Assembly (NCBI GenBank): GCA_963704755.1
Contig: OY969938.1
Location: 210,001-242,000 of the forward strand
DNA length: 32,000 nucleotides
DNA from: an uncultured Chloroflexia bacterium
GTDB lineage: Bacteria > Chloroflexota > Anaerolineae > Anaerolineales > Anaerolineaceae
Reading direction: 5' to 3'
Numbering within the stretch: position 1 is the first letter of the stretch; each line of letters begins with the position of its first letter. The notes below the pieces were generated by a model. The model was not told the origin of the DNA and did not search any database. It was given only the letters and a program-made list of their open reading frames with translations. Positions 10,642-19,418 of the stretch are shown piece by piece. Both the position numbers and the translations under genes were made by a program.

Positions 10642-10993
10642 TCAGTTCGCGCATTCTGTCAACCAGATCGGAGGGCATGTATGGCTTAAGGAAAAAGTCC
10701 GTAGCGCCAGCATCCCTGCACTGCCTGCGTAAATCTTCACCTGAGGTCATCACGACTTTCAAATCAGCAATGGCAGCATCCTGGCGGACCTTTTTAAGGA
10801 CTGAAATTCCTGAAACCTCTTTCATATAAACGTCCATAAACAAGAGGTCTGGCTGGATGTGCTTGATGTCCTTTAAAATACTGGACTCATCGACTATTTC
10901 GGCCGTACTGACTTGAAAACCTTCGATTTCGAGCAGTGTTTTCAATAAAGAGCGCATACTTGCATCGTCTTCAAGAACTAGCACGTGGCTCAT
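10634..10993 (-). CDS. Stand-alone (CheY-like) response regulator receiver protein
   Basis: The 119-aa protein has all canonical receiver residues: EDD near the N-terminus, the phospho-acceptor D in LLFMDVYM, T/S in VVMTSG, and K in FLKPY. It has no output domain. Confidence 0.85.
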   Translation of the reverse strand: MSHVLVLEDDASMRSLLKTLLEIEGFQVSTAEIVDESSILKDIKHIQPDLLFMDVYMKEVSGISVLKKVRQDAAIADLKVVMTSGEDLRRQCRDAGATDFFLKPYMPSDLVDRMRELIG

Positions 10994-11000
10994 TGTGTCC

Positions 11001-13575
11001 TCAGGGTTGCTCCAGTTCGGCCGGTGCTTTTTCGACTGCTTTTTCTTCCAAAGCGTTCTCCAAAACTTCAGCGACCGTATCGACTGGGATGAATTTCATA
11101 GATTTGTGTACTTCAGGCGGCAGGTCTTCCAGGTCGGTTTCATTTTCTTTGGGCAAGATAATCGTTTTGAGACCGGCTCGATGTGCGGCAAGAACTTTTT
11201 CTTTCAGGCCGCCAATTGGCAAAACTTGACCTCGTAATGTGATCTCGCCGGTCATGCCGACGTCGGCGCGGACGAGCCGGCCGGTCAGTAGCGAAACCAG
11301 GGCGGTGGCCATTGTCACCCCGGCTGATGGACCATCCTTGGGTTGTGCGCCAGATGGAATGTGCATGTGAATATCTGACGTTTCGAAAAATTTCGGGATC
11401 AATTCCTAACGTTTCGGCCCGCGAGCGGACGTAGGACAGGGCAGCCTGGGAGGATTCCATCATCACGTTCCCTACCGAACCGGTGGTGATGAAACCTTTG
11501 CTGCCCGGGCATGCGGGTGGCTTCAATAAACAATATTTCGCCACCGACAGGCGTCCAGGCTAAACCGGTGGCTACGCCGGGGATTTCGGTGCGGTGTTGA
11601 ATTTCTTCGGCACCCATGTACTTCACCCGGCCTAGCATGGCTTTAGCCACTTTCGGGGTAACCCGCAAGTTTGTTCTGTTTTTTCTCCGTAATGCGCGTA
11701 GCCATTTTCCGGCATACCCGGCCGATTTCGCGTTCCAGGTTACGCACACCGGCTTCGCGGGTATAGTTGCGCACGATTGTGGAAAGGGCCTCACGGGAGA
11801 ATTTGATTTCGCTGGTCCGCAGGCTATTTTCCCTGAGTTGGCGGGGAATCAGGTACGTTTTGGCGATCTCGACCTTTTCGTTTTCGGTATAGCCAGAGAG
11901 CTGAATGATCTCCATCCGATCCAGAAGCGGCCCGGGAATGGTTTCCATCTGGTTGGCGGTGGTTATGAACATCACCTGGGAGAGATCAAAAGGAACCTCG
12001 ATATAATTATCGCGGAATTCGAAGTTCTGCTCGGGGTCGAGTACTTCCAAAAGAGCCGAAGATGGATCGCCGCGGAAATCAGAAGCCCAACTTGTCCACT
12101 TCATCCAGCATAAAGACAGGGTTGCGCGACTCCGACCGGCGCAAGGCCTGGATGATCCGGCCCGGCATTGCACCAATGTAGGTACGGCGATGTCCGCGTA
12201 TTTCTGCTTCATCTCGCATACCGCCCAAAGATATGCGGATGAATTTTCGTCCCATGGCCCGGCTGATGGACTGCCCCAGGGAAGTCTTCCCAACACCGGG
12301 TGGGCCGATGAAACAAAGGATGACCCCTTCACGTTCTTTGCGGATTAAATCAACTTCCGGTCGAGCGCTGAATTCATCCTTCCGTTCCTGGCGCAACTTT
12401 CGAATGGCCAGGTATTCCAGGATCCTTTCCTTGATATCCTCCAGCCCGTAATGGTCCGCGTCCAATATTTCACGGGCGCGATGGATATCCAGGTCGTCCT
12501 CTGTCCCATTCGACCAGGGCAGAGAAACCAGCCAATCCAGGTAGGTACGGATAACGCCGTATTCAGCCGCTGCAGTCGGCAGCCTGGAGAGCCGATCTAA
12601 TTCACGGCGGGCCATTTTGTCGGCTTCTTCGGGTAAATTGACCTGGTCGATTTTCTTTCGGAATTCTTCGACGTCAGCGGCCTGTTCATCTCCTTCCCCC
12701 AACTCTTTTTGGATGGCTTTTAGTTGTTCGCGCAAGAAGTATTCGCGCTGCACTTTATCGATTTCGGAGCGGGCTTCTTTTTGGATCTTCTGGCTCAGCT
12801 CCAATACCTCGCTCTCCCGGGTGAGCAAAGTAACCAGTTTGTGCAGTTTATCGCGCACGTCAACCATCTCGAGAATTTCCTGAGCGTCGGAAATTTCCAT
12901 TCGCTGCAGGTTGGCGATGGTGTAAACCGTTTCCAGGGGGTCGCTCAAACTCTCGATGGTGTTGACCATTTCTCGCGGCATCGACGGGATCATTTCGGCG
13001 ATGTGTGAGAATTGATCGCGGACATTCCGCGCCAGAGCTTCTACTTCCAGGCTGTTATCTTCCTGGTCGGGGATAAGCTCGATCCGGGCCTGTAAATAAG
13101 GATCCTCGGAGGTGTACTCGGCGATCCGAAAGCGGATCAATCCCTGGACGAGTAACCGGATGGTCCCGTCCGGTGCGCGAAACAGGCGGTGAATCAATGC
13201 TGCAGTACCGACCGTATAAAGCTGGTCCGGCCCAGGGTTTTCCAATTCGGGCTGTTTGGAGGCTACCAGGCCGATAATCCGGTCGGCATTGATGACATCG
13301 TCGATCAAACGGATGGAACGAGGCTGCCCGATCGTGAGCGGAATGGCAGTCTGCGGATACACGACCAACCCACGTAACGGTAAGATGGGCAGGACATCTT
13401 GTATTCGAGCGATATTTGCTTTACTATCTTCACTTTCCAGGGCGGCGGAGGGTTCCTTCTCAGTTAACGAAACGGGTGTATCGGATTCCAAAATGATCTC
13501 CTCGAAATCGTTAAGCTCATCTTCGAGTCCGTAAAGCATATCTGTGAGATCGACGTTCCATCTGGATGCTGGCAT
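11001..13575 (-). pseudogene. lon: ATP-dependent Lon protease (LonA type), split into five reading-frame segments by four single-base frameshifts
   Basis: The segments are 12079..13575 (Lon N-domain plus Walker [10 protein letters not shown] and Walker [11 protein letters not shown]), 11643..12332 ([20 protein letters not shown]...[12 protein letters not shown]), 11399..11794 ([12 protein letters not shown]...[21 protein letters not shown]), 11140..11544 ([35 protein letters not shown]) and 11001..11402 ([35 protein letters not shown]...[14 protein letters not shown]). Joined, they are colinear with LonA, including the catalytic Ser (DGPSAG) and Lys (GLKEK). The shifts lie near 12083, between 11664 and 11684, at 11504-11509 and at 11395-11397. 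Confidence 0.85.
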
Positions 13576-13584
13576 AAATGTTAT

Positions 13585-14016
13585 TTACCCTTCGTTAGTC
13601 TCTACCTGGATATGGTGCGGCGTGGCTTTGGGTAGGTCAATCCGCAGAAAACCGTTTCGGTAGGATGCTTCGATGTTTTCCTCATTGATCAGGCTGGGAA
13701 GGGCAATCTCACAGGAAAATTCGCCAAAAGGAATTTCTATCTGGTGGACGGCTCTTTTTTCCTCGATAGGAAACAGCCGGGTACCGTTGATCGTTAGAAT
13801 ATCCTTGTTGAAAATGATCGAAAGTTCACCCTCTTGCACACCGGCGATCTCAACCAGCACAATGATGTGTGTATGCGTTTCGTAGATATCGACCGGAGGG
13901 CGCCATTTATTCTGGTAATTGCTCATTCGGTAATTGACGTCCCGAATCAGGAAGAAACCCTGTCCTTCGGGAAAATTCGAACGCAGATCCTTTTTAAGGC
14001 TGACGGTAATCATCAT
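13585..14016 (-). CDS. Hsp20/alpha-crystallin family small heat-shock protein
   Basis: Alpha-crystallin domain: WRPPVDIYETHTHIIVLVEIAGV...FGEFSCEIALPSLINEENIEASYRNGFLRIDLPK. A GGAGG RBS lies upstream of the ATGATG start. The gene ends 9 nt upstream of the lon start. Confidence 0.85.
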   Translation of the reverse strand: MMITVSLKKDLRSNFPEGQGFFLIRDVNYRMSNYQNKWRPPVDIYETHTHIIVLVEIAGVQEGELSIIFNKDILTINGTRLFPIEEKRAVHQIEIPFGEFSCEIALPSLINEENIEASYRNGFLRIDLPKATPHHIQVETNEG

Positions 14017-14042
14017 TCCTCCGTCATTATTCTTTCCCCGTT

Positions 14043-14564
14043 TTATAGAAGTGCTTGTCTGGCGGCCTCCAAAACGGAATCGTAATCCGGCTCTTCACTG
14101 AGTGCCGGCATATAGGCCACATACTTGACGATATTGTTGCGGTCAACCACGAACACGGCCCGGCGAAGCAGGCCAAGCTCCTTGATGTACACACCATACT
14201 TGTGGCCAAAATTGCCATCCAGATGGTCGGACACCACGGTAACTTGATCTACACCGGCAGCGCCACACCATCTCTTCTGAGTATACGGTAAATCTGTGCT
14301 GACGACAATAATGGCGATATCTTTGCTTAAACTGGCAGCTTCCTGATTGAACCGGCGGGTTTCTCGATCGCAAACGGTCGAATCAAGCGAGGGGACCGCT
14401 GCAATCACACGCACTTTCCCTTCGGTTTCTTTGAGCATATCGTGCGAAAACCAATCCTGTCCATGAACGGTAAACTCGGGGGCAAGCGCCTCGGGTTGCA
14501 AATCCTCACCGATAACGGTAACATCCCGATCTCGAAACTTGATCACACCTTTTCTTTCAACCAT
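14043..14564 (-). CDS. tpx: Thiol peroxidase (atypical 2-Cys peroxiredoxin, Tpx)
   Basis: AAVPSLDSTVCDRETRRFNQEAASL...VVSTDLPYTQKRWCGAAGV...RAVFVVDRNN is colinear with E. coli Tpx, including both Cys residues. I chose the ATG at 14564, which has AAGGAG 7 nt upstream. The longer track ORF to 14669 would run into the tRNA. Confidence 0.9.
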   Translation of the reverse strand: MVERKGVIKFRDRDVTVIGEDLQPEALAPEFTVHGQDWFSHDMLKETEGKVRVIAAVPSLDSTVCDRETRRFNQEAASLSKDIAIIVVSTDLPYTQKRWCGAAGVDQVTVVSDHLDGNFGHKYGVYIKELGLLRRAVFVVDRNNIVKYVAYMPALSEEPDYDSVLEAARQALL

Positions 14565-14642
14565 TATTTTGCTCCTTCGCTTCGGAAACGCTGGTAGCAG
14601 ATTTGAAAAGGCCAGAGAAGAAATCGATAAAGATCGAGCAGG

Positions 14643-14715
14643 CGCCCCTGGAGAGACTCGAACTCTCAACCAACGGATTAGAAGTCCGGTGCTCTATCCA
14701 TTGAGCTACAGGGGC
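14643..14715 (-). tRNA. tRNA-Arg (anticodon UCU)
   Basis: The reverse complement folds by hand into a 73-nt cloverleaf. Acceptor stem: GCCCCTG/CAGGGGC. D arm: GCTC-AATGGATA-GAGC. Anticodon arm: CCGGA-CTTCTAA-TCCGT, with U33 and anticodon TCT. Variable loop: 5 nt. T arm: GAGAG-TTCGAGT-CTCTC. Discriminator: G. CCA is not encoded. Confidence 0.85.
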
Positions 14716-14808
14716 AGGTCCCTTTTTCTTATTATTTTTTCTCGACCTCTTCCGCTTATTGCCGTCCAGGAGACGACAAATGCGAGTAATTTTTTTACAA
14801 TATGACTA

Positions 14809-14817
14809 ATTATAGCA
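14809..14817 (-). promoter_or_regulatory. Candidate extended -10 promoter element (TGCTATAAT) upstream of tRNA-Arg
   Basis: The minus strand reads ...GCGCTGTGCTATAATTAGTC..., a perfect TATAAT preceded by TGn, about 90 nt upstream of the mature tRNA 5' end. There is no good -35, as expected for extended -10 promoters. Motif match only. Confidence 0.35.
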
Positions 14818-14851
14818 CAGCGCATTACGACAAACGGGCAATGCGATCCAA

Positions 14852-15289
14852 TTATTCTTTACTGAACGGGCGGATGCCCTGGTAAACTGTGTGGCCGGAG
14901 AAGGTACGCAAGATCATTTCCGGGCTCTTGCTGGTCATTTCGGCCAGTTCGTTGGGGGTGCTGGGCTTATTACCGTTAGCCAACAACAACCGGAAGACTG
15001 CATTAACCAGGGTGGTATTCGTGTCCAAAAATCCAGGCTGTTTGACGCAATGGGTCATCAAAGTGTGCTGCAAACCATCCACTTTCTTGACTTCCGCAGT
15101 TTGGGGATCGACCCAGTCGATCCAGGTTTCATCCATGGAATTCTCAAAAGCGGTTTGATGTTCGGGGCAAAGAAAACTGTATAGATATACCCGCCAGTTG
15201 TGGTCGTGTTCTTGCCACCATTCAAAATCGATGTGGAAAGGCGTTTCCACAGTAGGTTTGATCAAACTAAATCTTGCAGTTTCGGGCAT
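14852..15289 (-). CDS. Hypothetical protein (145 aa), no family recognised
   Basis: An intact ORF with GAGGAG 6 nt upstream of the ATG, starting 3 nt after the stop of the upstream 528-aa gene. It is acidic and soluble-looking. The C-terminal part (LVNAVFRLLLANGNKPSTPNELAEMTSKSPEMILRTF) looks helix-turn-helix-like, but that is a weak impression. Confidence 0.6.
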   Translation of the reverse strand: MPETARFSLIKPTVETPFHIDFEWWQEHDHNWRVYLYSFLCPEHQTAFENSMDETWIDWVDPQTAEVKKVDGLQHTLMTHCVKQPGFLDTNTTLVNAVFRLLLANGNKPSTPNELAEMTSKSPEMILRTFSGHTVYQGIRPFSKE

Positions 15290-15292
15290 GGG

Positions 15293-16879
15293 CTACTCCT
15301 CAGACCCCTGGTCATCAAACCTGAAGTAGAGGTCTCCAAGATAGGCTACGTTGGGTTGATTGAGCAGGATGCCCATGATTAATCCGGGCGGGCAGCGCCG
15401 GACAATATTCACTGCGGCATACAATTCTTGCGCGTGGACGTGACCCTGGGGAGAAAGCTTGCCCAATTCGCGCATGATATTGAGGATTGCTGTTTCAAGT
15501 GGACCGCGCTGTCGGCCGGTTAATTCCCAAATTTTATCGACGGCATCGGTATCCGGTACGGCAATCACCATGCGTTCATCGATGTCGTTGCTGATTTGCT
15601 GTTTGAGCATGGTAAAAACGACGCCATTATCCGCCCCGACCAGGACCGTTCGGATCCATTCTTTGGTAGGGTGTTTAGACAGGGCTTGCAGGATGACTTC
15701 GCCGGCTACTTTACCTTTTTTGATGCGAAACAAGCTGCCGGGAATCAAACCTTTTTCTTTATACCAGTCTTGCAGGCCATAGACGTAGCGTTGTGGGCGC
15801 ACAACCCACCCCGGATAGGATTTTCCGGTCGCCTCGTCCAGAAAGGTGAATTTAACCCGCGGAGCTTCGTAAGCGGTTGGGAAGAGGCCGGCCAGGCTTT
15901 GCGAAAGTGGAATTGTGCCGGCACGCCAATGGGGATAGATCAGGCTGACTTCGATCTCATCGGCTTTACAAGGCAGGTCACCCTGGGCTTCCAACTCATC
16001 GTAGACCAATGAATTCAGGGCCTGGATCTGTTCTTGATGTTCGTCCAACATATAATCGTGGGACTGGAAACGGAGGTAAAGCGGCGGGTTCTGCACGGCG
16101 TCCGGCTCGAGTTTGCGCAAGAACCAGAGCGTTTCTCCGGATGGGCCGACTTCATCGAAGCGCTCATCTTCCTGTAGGGCATAGTTCATCGAGAATTCGG
16201 TCAGTTTCTGGTTGGTGTCGGTGGGTAATTCAACCTGTTCAAGAATGGCACAGGTATTTAGCGGGCCGCCGCCTTCCATCTCCAAAACGGCTTCGGCCAG
16301 GTTCATATAGCCAATATTGACATCAACCAACAACGACTTAGGGAACCAGGCGCCCGCTATTTGCACCAGGTCGGGCAGCGAGGTGAATTTTTGGCTCAGA
16401 CACGCTGTGATGGAATTGCCATATTTCTGGATAACCCATTGCGGATCCAATTCAGGGTTACTCTCGGTGACATCAATGGGATTGTTCAACGAATGGTCAA
16501 CGAGCTTGCTGGCAAAGCTGCGTACTTTTCCGCCGCCAAAATCAACGTCGATCACCCCAAAAGGGGCCATCCCCGGGTTGCGGCCCTCACGCACCCCAAC
16601 AACTTTCCCTTCCATCCCTTCGAGCGCCGGGAAACGAAGCACATCGCCCCTGGAATAATCTTCCTTAGGAAAATAAATTTCCGATTTGTTTTTTTGCTTA
16701 CTTTCGAGTGTCTCGATTTCTTTGAGGATCCGTTCCCGGATTAAAACTTCGGCTAATTCGCGAGACGTTTGGGGTATTTCTTTCTCGAGTAAGTGATTGT
16801 AAAGGTATTCCAGGTCGTCTTCCCGGATATTAAATTCTTCCCAATAGTTTTCTTGCAAGCTTAATTGAACGAATTGCAT
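15293..16879 (-). CDS. Hypothetical protein (528 aa), no family recognised
   Basis: A long uninterrupted ORF whose amino-acid composition is typical of the other coding regions here, while the opposite-strand ORFs are short and low-complexity. The ends look HTH-like (N-terminus LYNHLLEKEIPQTSRELAEVLIRERI; C-terminus ILNIMRELGKLSPQGHVHAQELYAAVN). There are no TM helices. Confidence 0.65.
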   Translation of the reverse strand: MQFVQLSLQENYWEEFNIREDDLEYLYNHLLEKEIPQTSRELAEVLIRERILKEIETLESKQKNKSEIYFPKEDYSRGDVLRFPALEGMEGKVVGVREGRNPGMAPFGVIDVDFGGGKVRSFASKLVDHSLNNPIDVTESNPELDPQWVIQKYGNSITACLSQKFTSLPDLVQIAGAWFPKSLLVDVNIGYMNLAEAVLEMEGGGPLNTCAILEQVELPTDTNQKLTEFSMNYALQEDERFDEVGPSGETLWFLRKLEPDAVQNPPLYLRFQSHDYMLDEHQEQIQALNSLVYDELEAQGDLPCKADEIEVSLIYPHWRAGTIPLSQSLAGLFPTAYEAPRVKFTFLDEATGKSYPGWVVRPQRYVYGLQDWYKEKGLIPGSLFRIKKGKVAGEVILQALSKHPTKEWIRTVLVGADNGVVFTMLKQQISNDIDERMVIAVPDTDAVDKIWELTGRQRGPLETAILNIMRELGKLSPQGHVHAQELYAAVNIVRRCPPGLIMGILLNQPNVAYLGDLYFRFDDQGSEE

Positions 16880-16953
16880 TTTCCAATAACTCTCATTCGA
16901 TTGATGATGGGCTTCGTGGGGTGGTTGGATTGTTTACCCATAGTGGCAGAAGT

Positions 16954-16959
16954 ATTATA
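16954..16959 (-). promoter_or_regulatory. Candidate -10 box (TATAAT) for the 528-aa/145-aa gene pair
   Basis: The minus strand reads GGTACGGTATAATACTTC about 75 nt upstream of the ATG at 16879, inside a 222-nt intergenic gap. There is no convincing -35. Confidence 0.25.
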
Positions 16960-17101
16960 CCGTACCTTAAACCTTCGCGTAGGAATAATCCGGGCGGTTC
17001 TTAGTATTTTGAGCAGAAAAATGACCAAAATCGACGGTGAAAGGGATATTCCTGCAAGTCCATTGATTTTTTGTGCGCAAATGGGCGAATTCCCTGACGG
17101 T

Positions 17102-18487
17102 CTATTCTGGATATGCATTGTCTAACCAATCCTGCGGGTTGACCTGAACGCCGTTTACCCAAATTTCCCAATGCAGATGCGGGCCGGTGACCCGGCCGGT
17201 TGCGCCGATTTCACCGATAAGATCCCCGGCTTTGACGCTGTCGCCGACCTGGACATAGGTTGCTGATTGGTGCCAATAGGCACTATAAACACCCCAGCCA
17301 TGGTCGATGATGGTTGCCTGGCCACGGACGGTTAATTGGCCGACGAAAACGACCTTCCCATCGGCCGGAGCGTAGATATTCAAGTTTGAGCAAACGCCGT
17401 AGTCGATACCGGTGTGATAAGCATCATATGGGCCGTCATTATAAGAACGACGGGTACCATACCCGGAATACACACAGATGGGTTCATCGAGCGGCACGTT
17501 GAAAATGCCGGTCCAATATTTTTGCGGGGTGGTATTGGCGGTGATCGTCTTGATTTGTTCGTCTTCTGGTGCGGTGACTGCCGGATCCAGAAAAGACGGA
17601 TCGACATTGATCGTTTCTTCGGGGAAATAGCCCGGACCCAGCAGAACGGATTGCCGGATCGTGAAGGGCGCCTTGCCGGAGGCAGACCCTTTCAATGAAA
17701 AATCGACCAGGCCGAGATCGGCCATACCATGGATCCCTTGAAGAGCGACGTACTCGTTCTCGCCCGACTGAAAAAAGACTAACGGATTCCCATCGAGCGA
17801 GCCGCTCAACTCAGCCGGTCCGGTGGTATGTATTGTAATTACCTCGGTAGCGCCCTGGACGAGCGGCAGCGGGTCGATCTGGATCGAATTGACCAAATCG
17901 GATCCAAACATGCTGCCGACTCTGCCGGTGGCAGCGGAATAGAGCGGTTCGCCGGGCAGGATATTCCAGGTGCCGGGGGTTTGGTTGGTGAGGGCGATCA
18001 GCCAGGGATTTTTCGATTCGGCTAACGCAAATTCCAGAAGGGATTGCCCGGCCGGAACAGGTGCGGATGGAGTCAAAGGCGGGTTGTTCTCGTCTACCGG
18101 CAGAATCAAGGTGGAGCCGGCAAATACCTGGGATGGGCTGACAATCTTATTCAATTTGACCAGCATGGCCTGGCTGATATGATATTGATTGACCAGGCCG
18201 TTGAACGTAGCACCCAGTGGGGCACCAACGGTAGTCAATTGACCGTTGATGCCGTCGAAACCGGGTAGATTAAGGGCCGACCCAACAGATAAGAAGTTGA
18301 CGTCATTAATCTGGTTTGCGTCGATGAGATCCTGGGCAGAGATGCCAAAGCGGATCGCGATGGTATTGATGGTGTCGCCGGGTTGAACCACGTAGGTAGG
18401 CAATTCGCCGGAGGTTTGGGCGGCTGCCGGGATTACTGGCGCCAGCAATATGGCCACCAGGCAAGAGGCAAGAATACGCCTAATCAT
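17102..18487 (-). CDS. LysM domain-containing M23 family metallopeptidase (secreted peptidoglycan hydrolase)
   Basis: Signal peptide MIRRILASCLVAILLAPVIPAAAQ. LysM-like repeats: YVVQPGDTINTIAIRFGISAQDLIDANQI and a second degenerate copy. M23 catalytic motifs: YHTGIDYG and GPHLHWEIWVNG. The ATG at 18487 overlaps the DUF192 stop by 8 nt. Confidence 0.85.
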   Translation of the reverse strand: MIRRILASCLVAILLAPVIPAAAQTSGELPTYVVQPGDTINTIAIRFGISAQDLIDANQINDVNFLSVGSALNLPGFDGINGQLTTVGAPLGATFNGLVNQYHISQAMLVKLNKIVSPSQVFAGSTLILPVDENNPPLTPSAPVPAGQSLLEFALAESKNPWLIALTNQTPGTWNILPGEPLYSAATGRVGSMFGSDLVNSIQIDPLPLVQGATEVITIHTTGPAELSGSLDGNPLVFFQSGENEYVALQGIHGMADLGLVDFSLKGSASGKAPFTIRQSVLLGPGYFPEETINVDPSFLDPAVTAPEDEQIKTITANTTPQKYWTGIFNVPLDEPICVYSGYGTRRSYNDGPYDAYHTGIDYGVCSNLNIYAPADGKVVFVGQLTVRGQATIIDHGWGVYSAYWHQSATYVQVGDSVKAGDLIGEIGATGRVTGPHLHWEIWVNGVQVNPQDWLDNAYPE

Positions 18488-18848
18488 ATTCGAACGATAT
18501 TTTATCACCGGGATGGAATAAATCGGCATAGTCCACGCGGGTTTCGATCACGTAGCTGGCAGGGGCACGGGGTGGGATCGCCAGCTTCCAACGGCGGGCG
18601 ACTTTAACGTCCACCACTTCGAGCCTGGCGTTGAGCCAAATTGCGGCGATATCGAAGCGCATAAAAAGCATATGGATAGTGGTATTCGCCCGGCTGTCGC
18701 GCGATTCAACCAGGACAATGCCACGATACTCGTCCAGAGGCGGATGCAGCATCAAGCCGCGAAATTTCGACCAAAAAGACGCACAATAACCGGCAGATAT
18801 CGGTTGACCCAAGGGTGAGGTATTATTTTTTATTTTAACAAATTTCAT
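18480..18848 (-). CDS. DUF192 (COG1430) domain-containing protein
   Basis: A 122-aa protein with FWSKFRGLM...IHMLFMRFDIAAIWLN...VVDVKVARRWK...YVIE, a pattern typical of DUF192. Confidence 0.7.
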   Translation of the reverse strand: MKFVKIKNNTSPLGQPISAGYCASFWSKFRGLMLHPPLDEYRGIVLVESRDSRANTTIHMLFMRFDIAAIWLNARLEVVDVKVARRWKLAIPPRAPASYVIETRVDYADLFHPGDKISFEYD

Positions 18849-18905
18849 CCAGCGTAACTTTTACCCGCCAATCATGTAAATTTTGTCGATGAATATTCAG
18901 AGCGG

Positions 18906-19286
18906 TTACTTCAATACCTTTTCGATGCTTTCCAGCAATTCTTGTGGCCGGAAGGGTTTGCAAATGTAATCGTCGACCTTGGCAATGTGAAGCCCTAGTA
19001 CCCGGTCAATGGCCTGGGCTTTGGCAGTAATCACGATGACCGGAATATCGCGTGTTTTCTCATTTGCTTTGACTTGTTGAAATACTTCCCATCCATCGAT
19101 GTCAGGCATCATTAAATCTAGTAAAATCAAGTTCGGTATTTCACTATTAACCAGGTCGAGACCAATTTTTCCCCCCTGGGCGCCCTTTACCAGAAATCCT
19201 CGCCGATTTAAAATCATTGAAACGAGGTCTATCATTTCCTGGTCGTCTTCGATATACACGATTGTTTTAGTGTTTTTCTCTTCCAT
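18906..19286 (-). CDS. Stand-alone response regulator receiver protein
   Basis: Canonical receiver residues are present: IEDD, LILLDLMMPDIDG, VIVITA, ICKPF. There is no output domain. Confidence 0.85.
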   Translation of the reverse strand: MEEKNTKTIVYIEDDQEMIDLVSMILNRRGFLVKGAQGGKIGLDLVNSEIPNLILLDLMMPDIDGWEVFQQVKANEKTRDIPVIVITAKAQAIDRVLGLHIAKVDDYICKPFRPQELLESIEKVLK

Positions 19287-19418
19287 CTGTGGTCCTGAAG
19301 CTTCGAGAAACCGGGAAAAACGAGTTGGATGGAAAACTAATTTGTTGTCCTTCAGACAACCACGGGCAATTACAATTAGTTTACCACAGCCAAAATGAAA
19401 ATCAATCGAGAAAAGTCA

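Noticed and set aside
11616-12113. 165-aa plus-strand ORF inside the lon locus
   Set aside because: It is antisense to strongly Lon-like coding sequence. It probably appears as an ORF only because the true gene is fragmented, and it has no recognisable motifs.
11001-13575. Programmed ribosomal frameshifting as the explanation for the lon frame changes
   Set aside because: There are four separate sites. None has a recognisable slippery heptamer plus downstream structure, and Lon is not known to use recoding. Indel errors or pseudogenisation are far more parsimonious.
14565-14669. N-terminal extension of the tpx ORF (track start 14669)
   Set aside because: The extension overlaps the tRNA-Arg gene and has no Tpx homology. 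The ATG at 14564 has a good AAGGAG RBS.
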